Part shown: piece after piece, positions 8,020 to 20,774 of the stretch
Position numbering within the stretch: the first letter of the stretch is position 1
How the letters are laid out: each line of letters begins with the position of its first letter
DNA from: Phallusia mammillata
Lineage: Eukaryota
Direction: 5' to 3'
NCBI GenBank assembly: GCA_965637545.1
Contig: OZ281496.1
Coordinates: 11,904,001 to 11,968,000 of the forward strand
Length of the DNA: 64,000 nt
Translations under genes and position numbers: made by a program
The notes under the pieces: model-generated
Told to the model about the DNA's origin: nothing
Seen by the model: the letters and a program-made list of their open reading frames with translations, nothing else
The model's database searches: none

Positions 8020-8470
8020 CTTCTGGAAAACGTAATTTTATTCCGACGTTTCGACGTCATATACAGGCCGTCTTCATCAGGGTAAATAACACTGAATGCG
8101 ACTAGTACAGTGCACCATAAACAAAGAAAAAAAGAATGAAACGCAAGCACGTCACAAAGCAACGAAAACACCGCGCGATAACGAATGATTGGGCCTAAGT
8201 AGGTGCCTGTAGCACGCGGAAAGCATCACGTCTGTTTTGATGTTCATTGTGTTGGCCCGTGGTGAATATTCCATGACTCAAGAAATAGTCTTTTCCTGTA
8301 GTCAGGCTCCCTGGTCACAACAGACGCCGCAGTGAAATCAATACAGTGCCTTGTGATACCGCGTGATTGGAAAGGGACGACTTCTTTTCGCATCGGTGTT
8401 GGCAACATTCCGTCGATGACCAGCGATCACGACACACCTATATAAGAATCATAGTACGCTTGGCCTATTA
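8020..8470 (-). mobile_element. Penelope-like retroelement 3' remnant (GIY-YIG C-terminus and hammerhead-like tail)
   Basis: Minus-strand fragments SYIG... and HCIDFTAASVVTREPDYRKRLFLESWNIH; downstream CTGATGA..GAAAC core at 8025-8081. Confidence 0.7.
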
Positions 8471-8556
8471 AAGGCGTAATACAGAATCAGTCCATCACCA
8501 AGCACTCACATATGACAAGGCGAAGTCTGATTCAAGTTTCTGCGGTTTATCCACTG

Positions 8557-8625
8557 AGCCAGTGTAGCTCAGAGCACGAGTACCGGATAAACTCCTGTCG
8601 TGGGTTCGAATCCGATCGCAGGTGT
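8557..8625 (+). mobile_element. tRNA-derived SINE head (Pol III A and B boxes)
   Basis: GTGTAGCTCAG A-box-like and GGTTCGAATCC B-box; no proper D-arm or cloverleaf. Confidence 0.55.
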
Positions 8626-9208
8626 GCATTGCAACATAGGAATGCTTGCGAGACCGACTTGATTTAGTATCACGTCTTCAAAAAAAAGGATATTGATAAT
8701 TGCAATTTTGCCGATGAATGGAAGTTTTCTAGGTGCAATGTATTTTGCATGTCTTAAAATTGGAGACCAGTTTTTACGTGTATCGAAGGATCTTAAGTTA
8801 CAATTTATACCAAACAATTTGGCTTCATTTTCAGTCCACTTGCCTGACAATATAAATTTATTTGTTTAAAGATTTCTAGTATTCACTGTTTCTTTGAAAT
8901 TGAAAACGTTGAATCGTTGGCGTATTGTGGATTTGGGTTTCAATTTTTCCAATTTTAAATCCATTTATATTCTTATTATTATTTACCGCATTAATTAGAC
9001 TGTACTGACCCTCAGTCTGATACAAGGGCATGGAACAGGGCCACTCATCGTTAGATGTCTATTTTTAGTATTGGTGTCATATTTACGTAGATTTTCCTGG
9101 CAACATTTTTGTTTTGTATTTTAACCATAATGTAGTACAAGGTTTTTTAAGGTTAAAAGCATCGGGCTTTTTCAACATTACTTAGAAATTGGTGTCGAAG
9201 GCTAAGTT

Positions 9209-10744
9209 TTGCTAAATTCAATATGTGATGGAACAATTACGGATCGCATCGGAATACTGGGTGAAATTAATTGTTCCAACATGTTTTCTTGTTTCTCAAA
9301 AGAAAAGATCAACATAAAAAGCATTCAGGTGTGTGACGGAAAAGTGGATTGTGACGACAGCTCAGATGAATTTTTTGAAACCTGTAAACACACCCGTTTT
9401 TATTGCCAAATTAAAGACAAAACTTCTATTGACAGAAAAAAGTTTTGTGACGGAATTATTGATTGTGACAATGAATCCGATGAAAGCAAATGCCGTTGCG
9501 AAGATAAACGATTTTATTGCACAAATAAACAGCCTTTGTCAGTTGAATGGAAATTGGTCCAGAATGGAATTCTGGATTGTTCGGACGGAAGTGATGAATG
9601 TGTAAACTTAGCTGGGGACGCATTTGCAGACGTCAATGAAATGATCGCCAATCCAATATACCGAGCAATTTTCTGGATAACAGCTGTGTTAGCTTTAGGA
9701 GGAAATTTATATGTATTTGTTGCAACTGCTCACAGCTTATGGAATGTTCACAGAAACCAAAACCTTTATATCAGCACCAGCATTTTCATTCTAAATCTCT
9801 GCTGCTCTGATTTTCTCATGGGAATTTATCTACTTACAATTATAATCCAAGGAACTCGATTTTCTGGTTCATACTGTTTGTTTGATAAAAAATGGAGATC
9901 AAGCAGTTTCTGTTCAGGACTTGGAGCACTTGCAATTATTTCTTCGGAGGCATCGGCATTTACGATGACAGCCATGACCACTTTTCGACTTGTATCAGCT
10001 TTTAAACCATTTACAATTCGAAGTGTAGGTGTTCTTAAAGTTTTATTTGCCGAATTGTTTTGCTGGATTTCGGCTGTTGTTTTGGCAACAGTTCCTTTAC
10101 TAAAAGTCACTTCAGAATATTTTACAACTGATGTTTGGTTTCCAAACAACATTATTGGAAATGATTTTGTTTCCAGGGAAAACATATCACTTCTTGCAGA
10201 AAGAATTATTGGTATAAAAACAGAAAGTTGGAACAATGTGAAACGAATTATAGAAATGACATTTCCTCGCAATCCAATCAAAGGGGAGTTAGGATATTAT
10301 GGAGAAACAAGCCTCTGTATGCCACGTTTGTTTGCCGCAACCAGTGAATTTGCTTGGTAATATTCAACTTTCCTTATCACAATCAATCTCCTCATGTTTA
10401 TCTACATGGTGGTTGCATATGTTCTCATCTACAAACAGGGCAACCGCATGAATGGATCCAAAAGCATTGATATCAGTTTCAAGATGCAGAAGAGAATCTC
10501 GAGGTTAATTTTGACCGACTTCTGTTGCTGGATTCCAATTTGTGTCATGGGATATTTAAGTCTTGGAGGAATCAAGATACCACCAGATGCATATGTGTTG
10601 AGTGCTTGTCTGTTGCTTCCAATCAACAGCGCTCTTAATCCCTTACTTTATTCAAAAGAATTAGAGGATTAACTTGCCAGGACAAAGAAATGGCTGGTGG
10701 GGAAATTGCCGTCTTTACGATCATCTACAAATCGGTCATTGTAA
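9209..10744 (+). pseudogene. LDLa-repeat class A GPCR (GRL101/RXFP-like) with two in-frame TAA stops
   Basis: LDLa repeats CDGKVDCDDSSDE, CDGIIDCDNESDE, NGILDCSDGSDE; TM1 WITAVLALGGN, TM2 NLCCSDFLMGIYL, TM6 LILTDFCCWIPI, TM7 LPINSALNPLLY; frame continues through TAA at 10358-10360 and 10670-10672. Confidence 0.85.
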
Positions 10745-12129
10745 TGATTCCGCTTGTTGCTGATTTGAATGTGCCGCGATGTGTATATATGCTTCTGTAA
10801 ATGTTAAAACGTTGGAGTAAAGTGTTGTTTTCCGTACGGTTCTGAACTAATTTTCTCCTCAAATGACTTAACTGAGTGATATATTATGAGGAACTGTTAA
10901 CAAAAAAACAAAAATTTACCATTTGTTTTTAGGTATATTGAAATTCTTTGGTGAAGGAATATATTTTATGCCAAAATGATCTTTGCGGGTGATTTCTTTA
11001 TTCTGTATTAAAGAATGGACAATTTTACGTTTGTGCAATTTCAACACTATTATACACACTATAAATATTACCTTTGTTAAAGTTCTGTCTGGAGAAAATC
11101 TGAAACAGAGTTTGAAACCGAAACTTTTTCATTTGTAGGCCTTTGCGTTTCCAAGTTGTGCGCAAAAAAATTTGAAACAATTTCCTGTGTTATATTTCGT
11201 CTTCGCGCCATTGGTTTAAATCCTCTTTTCCACATCGAGGACTTTATATTTAGCGTTCCTCTTTTCATTTGCGCAATTCAAGAACTACTCCACAACTGCA
11301 GATCTTGCTGTTGTCATGACGATGTAGAAAGGTGAAAATCATTACATGTTTTATTAGCCTTGCAATAAACATTTGCAAGTGATGACCCTAGAACAGTGGT
11401 TCATAATTGGTGGTCCAGTGGTCCATGATGTCTTTTTGGGTGGTCCACAGGAAGTCCACTAAATTTAGTGATAAACTAGAAATGATTGCATTTTACATGT
11501 TGAGTGAGTGTCTAAACGCTTTTCGGTAATAATTAAAGCTCACTTCTCGAAAATCAGTTTTAAAGAATTATGATTCAAACCAAAATGCTTATTGCCTATG
11601 CTTACTTTAATGTTGCTCAAAAATAAATGGTCCACGATATTATTTTTACTGGGCCGGTCCATGGCCTGAAACGGGTGAAAAACAACATTATCACCTGAGT
11701 GATTAAGTGACCTAATATTAAAGTCAACTAGTTAGGAATCTCTCCACAATGTCCAATAAATTTCCAATAACCGACCATTAGGTATCAGATTTTGTATGTA
11801 ATAACTGGCCTCTATTACATGTTGAACCTTCCCTGTCCATGTGTAGAATGGGAAGTGCGCCACAAGAAACTTTGAACTGTCTTTTTTTTCATAAACGAAC
11901 GAAAAGATGTGTGAAGGTATTATCACATTATCCACAAACAGTTTCTGTATTTTTTTCATTTTTGCCAAACGCCAGATGCGTCTTACGTCAGGGTTACCAA
12001 ACATCCGGAATTTCCCGGACAGGACCGGAAGTTTTGTGTCAATCTGTGTCCAGAAATAATTTGGGGTTTATGACGTCCTAAATTCGTAAAATTACGTCAC
12101 AACATAGTTGAGCTCATATAATGATTTAA

Positions 12130-12250
12130 AACCGTACAGAATATCTCAATTACCCCTTTGACATCCATATCCCCTTCCTAATCTAAATAAAATTGTCAAA
12201 AATATCCAAAAAAACAAAAGAACTGCGTCCCAGTTGCATGAAAGGGTTAA
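12130..12250 (-). mobile_element. piggyBac-like MITE fragment (inverse copy of 40085-40270)
   Basis: Ends ...GCATGAAAGGG|TTAA; reverse complement matches TTAA|CCCTTTCATGCAAGTGGGACGCAG at ~40087. Confidence 0.55.
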
Positions 12251-12518
12251 ATGTCGAAAATATCTGCAAATGTTCACAAACGAAAGACAATGCACAACGC
12301 ACCAGGTAGAGCTACAAACACCATAACGATAATCAGAACTTCGGTTTCACAAGGGTGCGTAAAGATCTGAATTTTCATTTAGCGTCTATAAATGGGTTGG
12401 GTTCGGGAATTTTTTACATTATTATCTAATTTTTGGGGTCAGTTTTATTGAATTTTAAGTGCTAATACCTTACCACGACCCTAGCCCTAACTGTAAGCAT
12501 TTTTGGAGATACAACCTA

Positions 12519-13490
12519 AAGGGGCGGCTCGTGCTAGGGTGCTGCGGAGCTGCAGCACCCCCTAAATATTTTCACCTAATATTCCTACCACAACAATACA
12601 GATAACTTTCATGATACTTATTTTTTATTCCTGAATAATTTTTTTTATTTCCTGAATAATTTAAGTATAATTTCCGCCTTGATCGGCATTTTTTTTTTTA
12701 AAATTATGCCCTTAATATGTTATCTATGGTGGAACTGCAGCTCCAGATTCGTGACGAATCATGACGTTTTACACTTGTGCGCATGTGCACTTGGAAAAGC
12801 TACATGCCGGGCGAAATAGGCGACTGGGTGCTGCGGCTCGCGCAGCTCCACCAATCACGCAGCGTGTGAACCGGCCGCTGTAGTTGTGTTGTCTGTTTCG
12901 GGTCTATATAGTGCTCCAAAACCAAACCCGTTTGCTATATTCTATGTTCGACAGTGAGTACAGTTAAACATTTTTTTGCCATGTTTTAATTTATTTGTTT
13001 GAATGTTAGTCGTGAATTTTGAGACTGTAAGTGGGCATCAGTTTTTGCAGTTAACATTGAATTGGAAAGTGTATCTAGAAAAAGAGAAAGGTCATCTAAC
13101 ACTTTGAAAAGTCACGATTAACATTTATAATAAAAACCTGAATAAAACGTTAAGAAAACTGGGATAAAACATCTGCTATTCAAAATATGTCATGCAGGAA
13201 TAAGCAACCACAAGAACTATACTCACACTGTGAAGTTAAATGCCTTGCTGAAATTCAGGCAATATTAAATGCAGAACAAACAATTGCACAAGCAACAGGA
13301 ATTTTGAAATACCTTAGTGATGACAATTTCAACCATGTGGAGTTGTGGACAGTATTTGCAACCAAGTACAATCTTGTGTATTGATATAATGGACATGTTA
13401 TGTTTTTTTTAAACAGTAGCTGCTAAATTGCTTCACAAATGTTTCTTAAGAATGAACATTCTACAGGGGAGATAGTAGTGACCACCAAAC
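12519..13490 (+). mobile_element. hAT-derived non-autonomous element; inverse copy at 52850-53722
   Basis: End AGGGGCGGCTCGTGC; ~870 bp colinear with the reverse complement of 52850-53722, which ends GAGCCGCCCCTG. Confidence 0.7.
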
Positions 13491-14139
13491 ATACGGGTCT
13501 GGTGTACTTTCTTGACCAAACGCAATAACTTCCGAACCCTATGACGTAACCTTACGATATTGATATATAATGAACTACGTCACAACCCGGATACGTCACA
13601 CACATCACTATGACGTCATCATAGAATTTTACAGGCCTTCAAAAAAACGCCATTTTGTGAAATACTCATCGTAGCGAGCCCAAACTTTATACATAACGTC
13701 ATCATACCTTCTGATGACGTCATGCAAAAAATGACGTCAATCGCTCATCATTAACACAACTTTTTTACATCTTAAACTAAATTAACCCTGTGACGCGACC
13801 AACGCAATCACAACAGTCGCGTCTCTGCCGTAAAACAGAAGTAAGGTACCATTCAACACAAATTTTACGACAAAACAGTCCTTTTGCCTAAAAGCGTCAC
13901 AACAAAAGCAGTTTTCTCGCCTTTTCTTCTTCTTCTGACATTGACAAATATTATTAATACAAAATATATCATCAAAAACGCTTCATTTTGTAACTAGGCA
14001 TATGATTTCCATGAATCCGCGAATTATGACGATACTGGGTTCCTTTGATCTCTTATATCCCACACGAGCAAAGTACGAAAGAGGCATACACTGAATCCAA
14101 CACTGCAGTTTATGAGCCTACTGGGCAAAAGGCAGAGCG

Positions 14140-14878
14140 CGCAGAGCGACAACTCAGGTACCGTTGGAAAGGTCCATCCCTCCTCTCGACCTTGCACCCC
14201 CTCACTTTGCCCTCCCAAGTACGTGCGCCACCAAGCGATTGTTTAAACAAAGGTGATTTTCGTCGCATTGTGACGTCACAACCAATTATGGTAAAATTAT
14301 GGGACAGCGTTCGATGGAAAGAGTAATACTTTTTGATAGTTCGTACAAAATTTCGAATAGATACCACCTTGAAGGGTCTGTCGTTGAGAGCTGCCCCAAG
14401 AGGGGTACTTTTTGAACAGAATTCGACCTTGCAAAGAGCAGAACGCCTGGAGCGACAATCCGATTATCGTTGAAAAGGTTCATCCGCATTCTCGGTCTTG
14501 CACTTCCATCCACGGTTATTGTTGTTATGTCTTCTTGTTTTGTTTTCAAGACAAAAATATTGCAGTAGCTAGTTTTTCCCTCTGTGAAATCTTTAACTCA
14601 ATTAGGTAATTACCGACCAGTTGCGACGAAGCGTATTGAATTTGTTTAATAACACGTTGATGAAATACCTCCACCTCAAAGTGACGCAATCGCGGACTTT
14701 AACAACGTAAAAGGTCTATGCTTGCGCCAAGTGTACTTTCTTGACCAGAATTCGCGAGCCCACTACGCAAAAAGTAGAACGCGCAGAGCGACAATCCGGG
14801 TAGCGTTGGAAAGGTCCATCCCTCCTCTCGACCTTGCACCCCCTCACTTTGCCCTCCCAAGTACGTGCGCCACCCAGC
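14140..14878 (+). repeat. Two ~90-bp direct repeats (14140-14232, 14787-14878) plus a diverged third at ~14450
   Basis: GCGCAGAGCGACAA..CGTTGGAAAGGTCCATCCCTCCTCTCGACCTTGCACCCCCTCACTTTGCCCTCCCAAGTACGTGCGCCACC. Confidence 0.85.
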
Positions 14879-15068
14879 GATTGGGTTTTAGTTGGCAGTT
14901 GGCACGCGACAGGCAACGTAATAATGGTAAACCGTGGAAATTTTTGCAAGACAATGGTCGTTTGTGCTTTTGGCTGAATATATCGTATAGTTTGCCGCGC
15001 ACACGTTGCGCTTTATTAGTTTATAATTGAGAGAGTAGATTTGAGGGAGTAAATTGAGAGAGCGCAAA

Positions 15069-16250
15069 ATGTCTTTAGATGGTATTAATGTCATGAAAAT
15101 GTCTGAAATGGGTGTGCTTCACGACCGACAAAAGGCCATTGCCATGGCCTTTTGTCGTGAGCACAGACTCCTTACAAGTGCTATGTCATGTCCAACTTGC
15201 AGGTGCAATATGGTAGAAAAGAGATGGGATGCAAACAAGCTTGATGGCTATGTTTGGCGGTGTCCTTCTGGGGTACGTAATTTATTAGTTTTTTTCTCTT
15301 TAATTTTTTAGTTATTTTCTTAGTGTTGGAGTGATTTTTGATGATTTTTTAGAGTTGTAGAAAAATCGTGTCCATACGAAAGGGATCTTTTTTTGATAAA
15401 AGTCACCTGACGGTATCTCAGTTAATAACATTCGTATACTTTTGGACACTCAAGACGTTTTAATGATAGAATGTGAAATATCCAACAAGGTTTGCATCGA
15501 TTGGTGTAATTTTCTGCGTGAGGTAGGAGAGTTTGTATTGTTTTCGTTTTTAAATGACTACATTTAAATTACACCAAACCGCAGATATGCTCCCAAGATC
15601 TTTTGGCCAGGCCACACGTAATCGGTGGTGCTGGCCACATTGTGGCCATAGATGAGACTATGATGGCGAGAAGAAAAAGCGGCTCCAACGCTCAGGCCAG
15701 ACCCGTTCGCGAGCAGTGGTTTTTTGGGGGCATTGACCTTACAAGGTATTATATGTATGTAGTATTGGTTATTAACTTGTTGTCATAATTGTTTTCTTTT
15801 AGAGAGTGCTTCCTTGAACTCGTTGCTCGCAGGGACCGAGCAACTCTCGAGGGCGTCATAGCTCGGAGAGTTGCTCTTCAAACGGAAATCTGGTCTGATG
15901 AGTGGGCAGCATATAACAGTCTATCACGTAAGAGAGCTTCTGTATTTCTGATACACGTCTGATTATAATAAATACATACAATTTTTTTAGGTATGCCGCA
16001 GCAGTATACACACCGCACTGTCAACCACTCATATAGGTTTGTGTCTCCTAACGGAGTCCATACCAATGATATTGAGAGCTTGTGGTGCGACTGCAAAAGA
16101 AAATTTAAAAGAATGAAGCGTATAGGGAATTTATTCCTTCCTACATTGATGATTGGCTTTTGCGGCGAAACCGAGAGAAATCTCAATATTTCGCCGAAAT
16201 TATCCGTGCCATAGCCACCAATCCCCTATACCAAGTGTAACTTGCACTTT
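15069..16250 (+). pseudogene. Merlin (IS1595/ISXO2-like) DDE transposase, 5 exons, frameshifted
   Basis: Zn-ribbon CPTC..WRCP..C, IGGAGHIVAIDET (D1), IWSDEWAAY (D2), [17 protein letters not shown] (E); GT-AG introns 15273-15352, 15523-15584, 15746-15802, 15928-15990; frameshifts near 15460 and 16130. Confidence 0.9.
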
Positions 16251-17563
16251 GCCTCTGAAGGTACAGAAACAAAAAATCGCCCTTAAAAAGGGCACACATT
16301 TTTGCATCACGAATGGCTGGCACCTTGTCGTGGTGTGATCTCACAACGCCTCCGCCAATGGATCTTCTGTCAAAAAATAGATTTTTGTTTTCTGTGTTTT
16401 TATTCGTTTTTGGTTAAATTTATTGACTTATACGCAATGTTCCCATCGACATGGACCCTATATAAAATATAACCGAAATATGGCTAATATAAAACTAAAA
16501 AAACACTATGGCTTTTTTGGCGAAACTAAATATAGTTTTGTAAACAAATCTTTGCATTTATACGAGCCATCACATATTACACGCAATCTTTTTGCCATAA
16601 CAATCTGTTCCAGCAACTTCTAGGTCGTAGAAAATGTATTTTGCATCTTATAACAGCTCAGATCTCGGTTTACTTTTACTGGTAGGAAGATTTTGACTAG
16701 TCCAAAAATTGTCAAAAAGACAAAATAGGGTCACAAGTTGAAAACATGTACATTTCTTACAAATAAGGACAAAAATTTTTTTTTTTTCACATTACTCTAC
16801 AAAATAAGAGCAAATCTAAGAAATAAGAACAGTATGAAAACCCTGCTTACTCTGTAGCAAACAGTATTTGTTTCCGCTTGTCTGTTTTTGCATTTTGTGT
16901 GTGTTACTTTGGCAACAATCAAGATCTTCTGATTAAAAGGTTTATAGACTGTCTGCTCCCAGTTAAAATTAGTAATGTGCGTTCTGCATTTTTAGAATAA
17001 TAAGCTTTCATTTTTTGTTTGAGCCTATATTAATCGCGTTTTCACGTACTATCAGATGTTCCTTTTTTGCACAAACGGCCAAAAACTCAGTTAAAGCTGC
17101 AAACACTACCAAACAAGGCAGATCCTCAATTTGCTGAGAGAGTAGTTTCAATGAATTTACCTAACGACTAACGACATTTCAGCTTTCTTTGCTCCCATGT
17201 TTTGTCATCCGAAACTGTTTCTTAAATCTACAGTACGCCCACAGGCATAACGTTAACGACCGACTTGCGTTTGCTACAAACTTCAAAATTCGCAGCGAAT
17301 CTAAAATTAACAAGTTTAGATGTCCGCCTTTGTGCAGTTTCCTGGCGTACGCTACGTTTCAATTAGAGCACAACTATAAACCCATGTGCAAGGTGTTGTG
17401 ATTGATACCTCAATTTTCCGCATTTTGTTGAAAAATAACATACACATTTTGTTGAAAAATAACATTTATCTTCACATAGTGTAAACATATTTCATCTTGT
17501 TTCACCTGTTGAACGTCCACAACTATGGTGGCCCATCGTTGTCAAATAGTTTTGCATGAAAAA

Positions 17564-18000
17564 AATCGTTTTCATTTTAAAATCGTTTTCATTTTAAAAT
17601 TAATTTCATTTTAAAATCAATTTCATTTTAAAATTAATTTCATTTTAAAATCAATTTCATTTTAAAATCAATTTCATTTTGAAATCAATTTCATTTTGAA
17701 ATCAATTTCATTTTGAAATCAATTTCATTTTGAAATCAATTTCATTTTAAAATCAATTTCATTTTAAAATCAATTTCATTTTAAAATCAATTTCATTTTA
17801 AAATCAATTTCATTTTAAAATCAATTTCATTTTAAAAACGTTTTCATTTTAAAATCAATTTCATTTTAAAATCAATTTCATTTTAAAATCAATTTCATTT
17901 TAAAATCAATTTCATTTTAAAAACGTTTTCATTTTAAAATCAATTTCATTTTAAAATCAATTTCATTTTAAAATCGATTTCATTTTAAAATCAATTTCAA
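17564..18000. repeat. 17-bp minisatellite, ~25 copies, near-palindromic unit
   Basis: Unit AATCAATTTCATTTTAA with variants; flanked by GTGGCCCA(T/G)CGTTGTCAA at 17528, 18016, 18056, 18111, 18151. Confidence 0.95.
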
Positions 18001-19370
18001 AATGAAAATCCTCGTGTGGCCCATCGTTGTCAAACCTATAGTTAAGCATAGCGCAGTGGCCCATCGTTGTCAAGCAAAAAAAAAAAAAATTCAAAATGAA
18101 AAATCCTCGTGTGGCCCAGCGTTGTCAAACCTATAGTTAAGCATAGCGCAGTGGCCCATCGTTGTCAAACATAAAAATCATATACACGTACATAAGCACA
18201 TGGTGTTTAACTGGAAATTGCTAGTTCTACCATTGATACTATACAATGATACTATGTTGTATAGTATCATTGGTTCTACTAACAAAACTCACACCAGGGG
18301 CAGAGCTATAAACACGGAACAGAGTATAGACGTTTGCCCTGGCAATAATTGCTGAGTCAGCAAAGCAGTCAACAACTTTGAGGCCAAAAACATTTTTTAG
18401 TAAGTCTTCTTGAGTAAAAGTGAGTTGACTAATAATGAGACATAGTACAACTACAGTGAACAGCACCTCAAAATCCATGCTATGCTGCCAGCAGTGAAAA
18501 AAGTAATGTAGGGTACGTCCATAATATACAGGATTACTGGGTGCAGCAATATCAACCTTTGGATCGATAAAGGTACATCGAGCCATGCAAAAAAGCGATT
18601 AAATTGTGCATCAAGCCAGCCTGTTTATTTTAGATACACCGTATTGTGTACACTGACGTTTTTGTAACGTCTAAAAGTGTACACCAGATTTGTCAGAAGC
18701 CGACGTGACCCGTTAGCCTTGTTTTATCTGATAAGAGCTAGCTTAACCCCCTGTTTAGTCCATAACTAAGTGGGCTAGGCGGGCTCGTAGTTTTAAACAC
18801 CACCCTAGTTGCACATATGAAAGTTAAAGGATGGAAGATCATTTGGTAGTAAAGCCAATAAAACCGTCGAAATAATACGAATTAAAAACACTTTTTGATA
18901 ATTGCTCGTCCATAATTGTTTTGATAAAGTAATGGTACCTGAATGATTGACGTCCGTTATAAATACCAACATCATTATTTATACAGGTTTAAGTTCCTCA
19001 ATGGAAAAGCTATATGCTGACTGTTACATGTGCCTGTGTGGTATTTATCTGCCTAATTTTGCATCCCTGAAGTAACACAAAAAATTTTAAATTGTCTGCT
19101 GACCACAACTAATCTGACAGATGATATTGCTGTTATTGTATTCTAATCAATGTACTATTGCCATGTTTTATTGAAATCAATAAAAATTTCTCATTTTGTG
19201 TGAACAAAAACAACAAGCTCTTTACGGATAGGTTGCCAGTTTAAAGAAAAAAAACACTCAAAAAGTGTCACTTTAAGAAACAAAAATTTTTCTCTCATTT
19301 CAAAATGCAACATAAAAGCACCACGGATACAAGCATTTTAATGTTAGTTGACATGTCAAATCCAAACTAT

Positions 19371-20615
19371 TTAATGCACATCAGGAAGTTCTTGGAACCT
19401 TTCTCTAAGAAATAAGTAAGCAGAAGAAGCATCACAGGATTCTATATCTTCAGGGTGGCTGAGGATGTTTTTGCATTTTTTAACAAAATCATTTGTAGGC
19501 CAATAATCTGGACATTCCAGCACACCAGACATTCCTGCTACATCTTTTAGATCATCTTCTGTTAAAGATAGGCCTTTTTTGCTTGCACCATACTTTTCTG
19601 GAAATGAAAACATGTGATTAGGCACTCCACATGGAAGTTGAATTTCAGCTTTTTGTGCTCTGATTCTGTGACTGTTCCAGCTATCAACAAAGATGGAGCA
19701 TTCCCTCGTTATAATTGGACCATATACGTAAAACAAAAGGGAGCGATCCGCTGGGCTTTCCCGGTTATATTTTTTCTCAACTAACAATGATTGTAACTGA
19801 ACTTTGAAAAACTTCTCAAATCGCTCATGTAAATCCCGCCACCATCTTTCCATTTTGTTTGTGTTTGAAGGCCCATACAGAATTGAATCTGTTGCATCTG
19901 TGTAATACCCAATATGTTGTATGAGATAAGAGTGAATTGATGCCATTTTACCAGTTTCTGTTCCACGATCCAACCGAAGGTGTACTGGTAACAATAAAGT
20001 TTCACAAAGAAACTCTAAGTATTTCTTCCCGATTACCAAAGGACTTGAATTTGATTGTGTAACAAACAGAAACATGATTTTCCGTGAAAATGTGTCCATA
20101 CAGCCATAAATCCCCAAAGGAAAGGTATAATTTTGGTACCCACATAACTTGTCATGACCATCAAGAGATACTACCCAGAATGGGCCATCAGATACAAATG
20201 GATGCTTGTCCCGTTTTTTCTTGTGCTGTACATTTCTGTGTGCCAGACCATTGGGATCCAAATCTTGCATCACTTTATATACCAAGTGTCTTGGAACCTT
20301 AAGATTATATGTACATCGTACTTTTCGATGCATTGCTCTGTAACCAAGCAGACATCCTGGACCCAACAACTCCTTATCTACAGCCTTTTCTATGTCTGAT
20401 TTTGTAACATGACTGTCAACATAATATATCTCAAAATGTCTCATTCTTCTATCCAAGGTTGATAAACTCCAAGCATAGCTTTTAAAGTCCCTTATCATGT
20501 AATCTAGTATTTCAGATCTTTTTAAGTTTTGTTTTACATACAACTTCAAATCTTCTTTTAATTGGTTGTCACTTTTCCATGACTGTACAAAGTTAGCTAC
20601 CTGTTCCAACATCAT
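19371..20615 (-). CDS. IS3/IS481-type (IS3EU-like) DDE integrase/transposase, intact 414 aa
   Basis: N-terminal HTH (SLSTLDRRMRHF; LGYRAMH); catalytic SLDGHDKL...GCMDTFSRKI...RLDRGTE...NKMERWWRDL. Confidence 0.85.
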   Translation of the reverse strand: MMLEQVANFVQSWKSDNQLKEDLKLYVKQNLKRSEILDYMIRDFKSYAWSLSTLDRRMRHFEIYYVDSHVTKSDIEKAVDKELLGPGCLLGYRAMHRKVRCTYNLKVPRHLVYKVMQDLDPNGLAHRNVQHKKKRDKHPFVSDGPFWVVSLDGHDKLCGYQNYTFPLGIYGCMDTFSRKIMFLFVTQSNSSPLVIGKKYLEFLCETLLLPVHLRLDRGTETGKMASIHSYLIQHIGYYTDATDSILYGPSNTNKMERWWRDLHERFEKFFKVQLQSLLVEKKYNRESPADRSLLFYVYGPIITRECSIFVDSWNSHRIRAQKAEIQLPCGVPNHMFSFPEKYGASKKGLSLTEDDLKDVAGMSGVLECPDYWPTNDFVKKCKNILSHPEDIESCDASSAYLFLRERFQELPDVH

Positions 20616-20774
20616 GTCCTAACACAAACTTTAGAAAAATAGGCCTTTTGTGAACAGTACCATATCTATGGGGATAAAAACGATAATTATCACACCAATA
20701 TTCTCAAACGTTATTAGTGAAACTAATTTAGCAGTAAAATGTGATAGGTCACAACAAACTTGGCAAGACAGAGG

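Noticed and set aside
8557-8625. tRNA gene
   Set aside because: A and B boxes present but no D-loop GG, acceptor stem or anticodon arm; treated as a SINE head
17564-18000. CRISPR array
   Set aside because: Head-to-tail 17-bp units with no unique spacers, in a eukaryotic context
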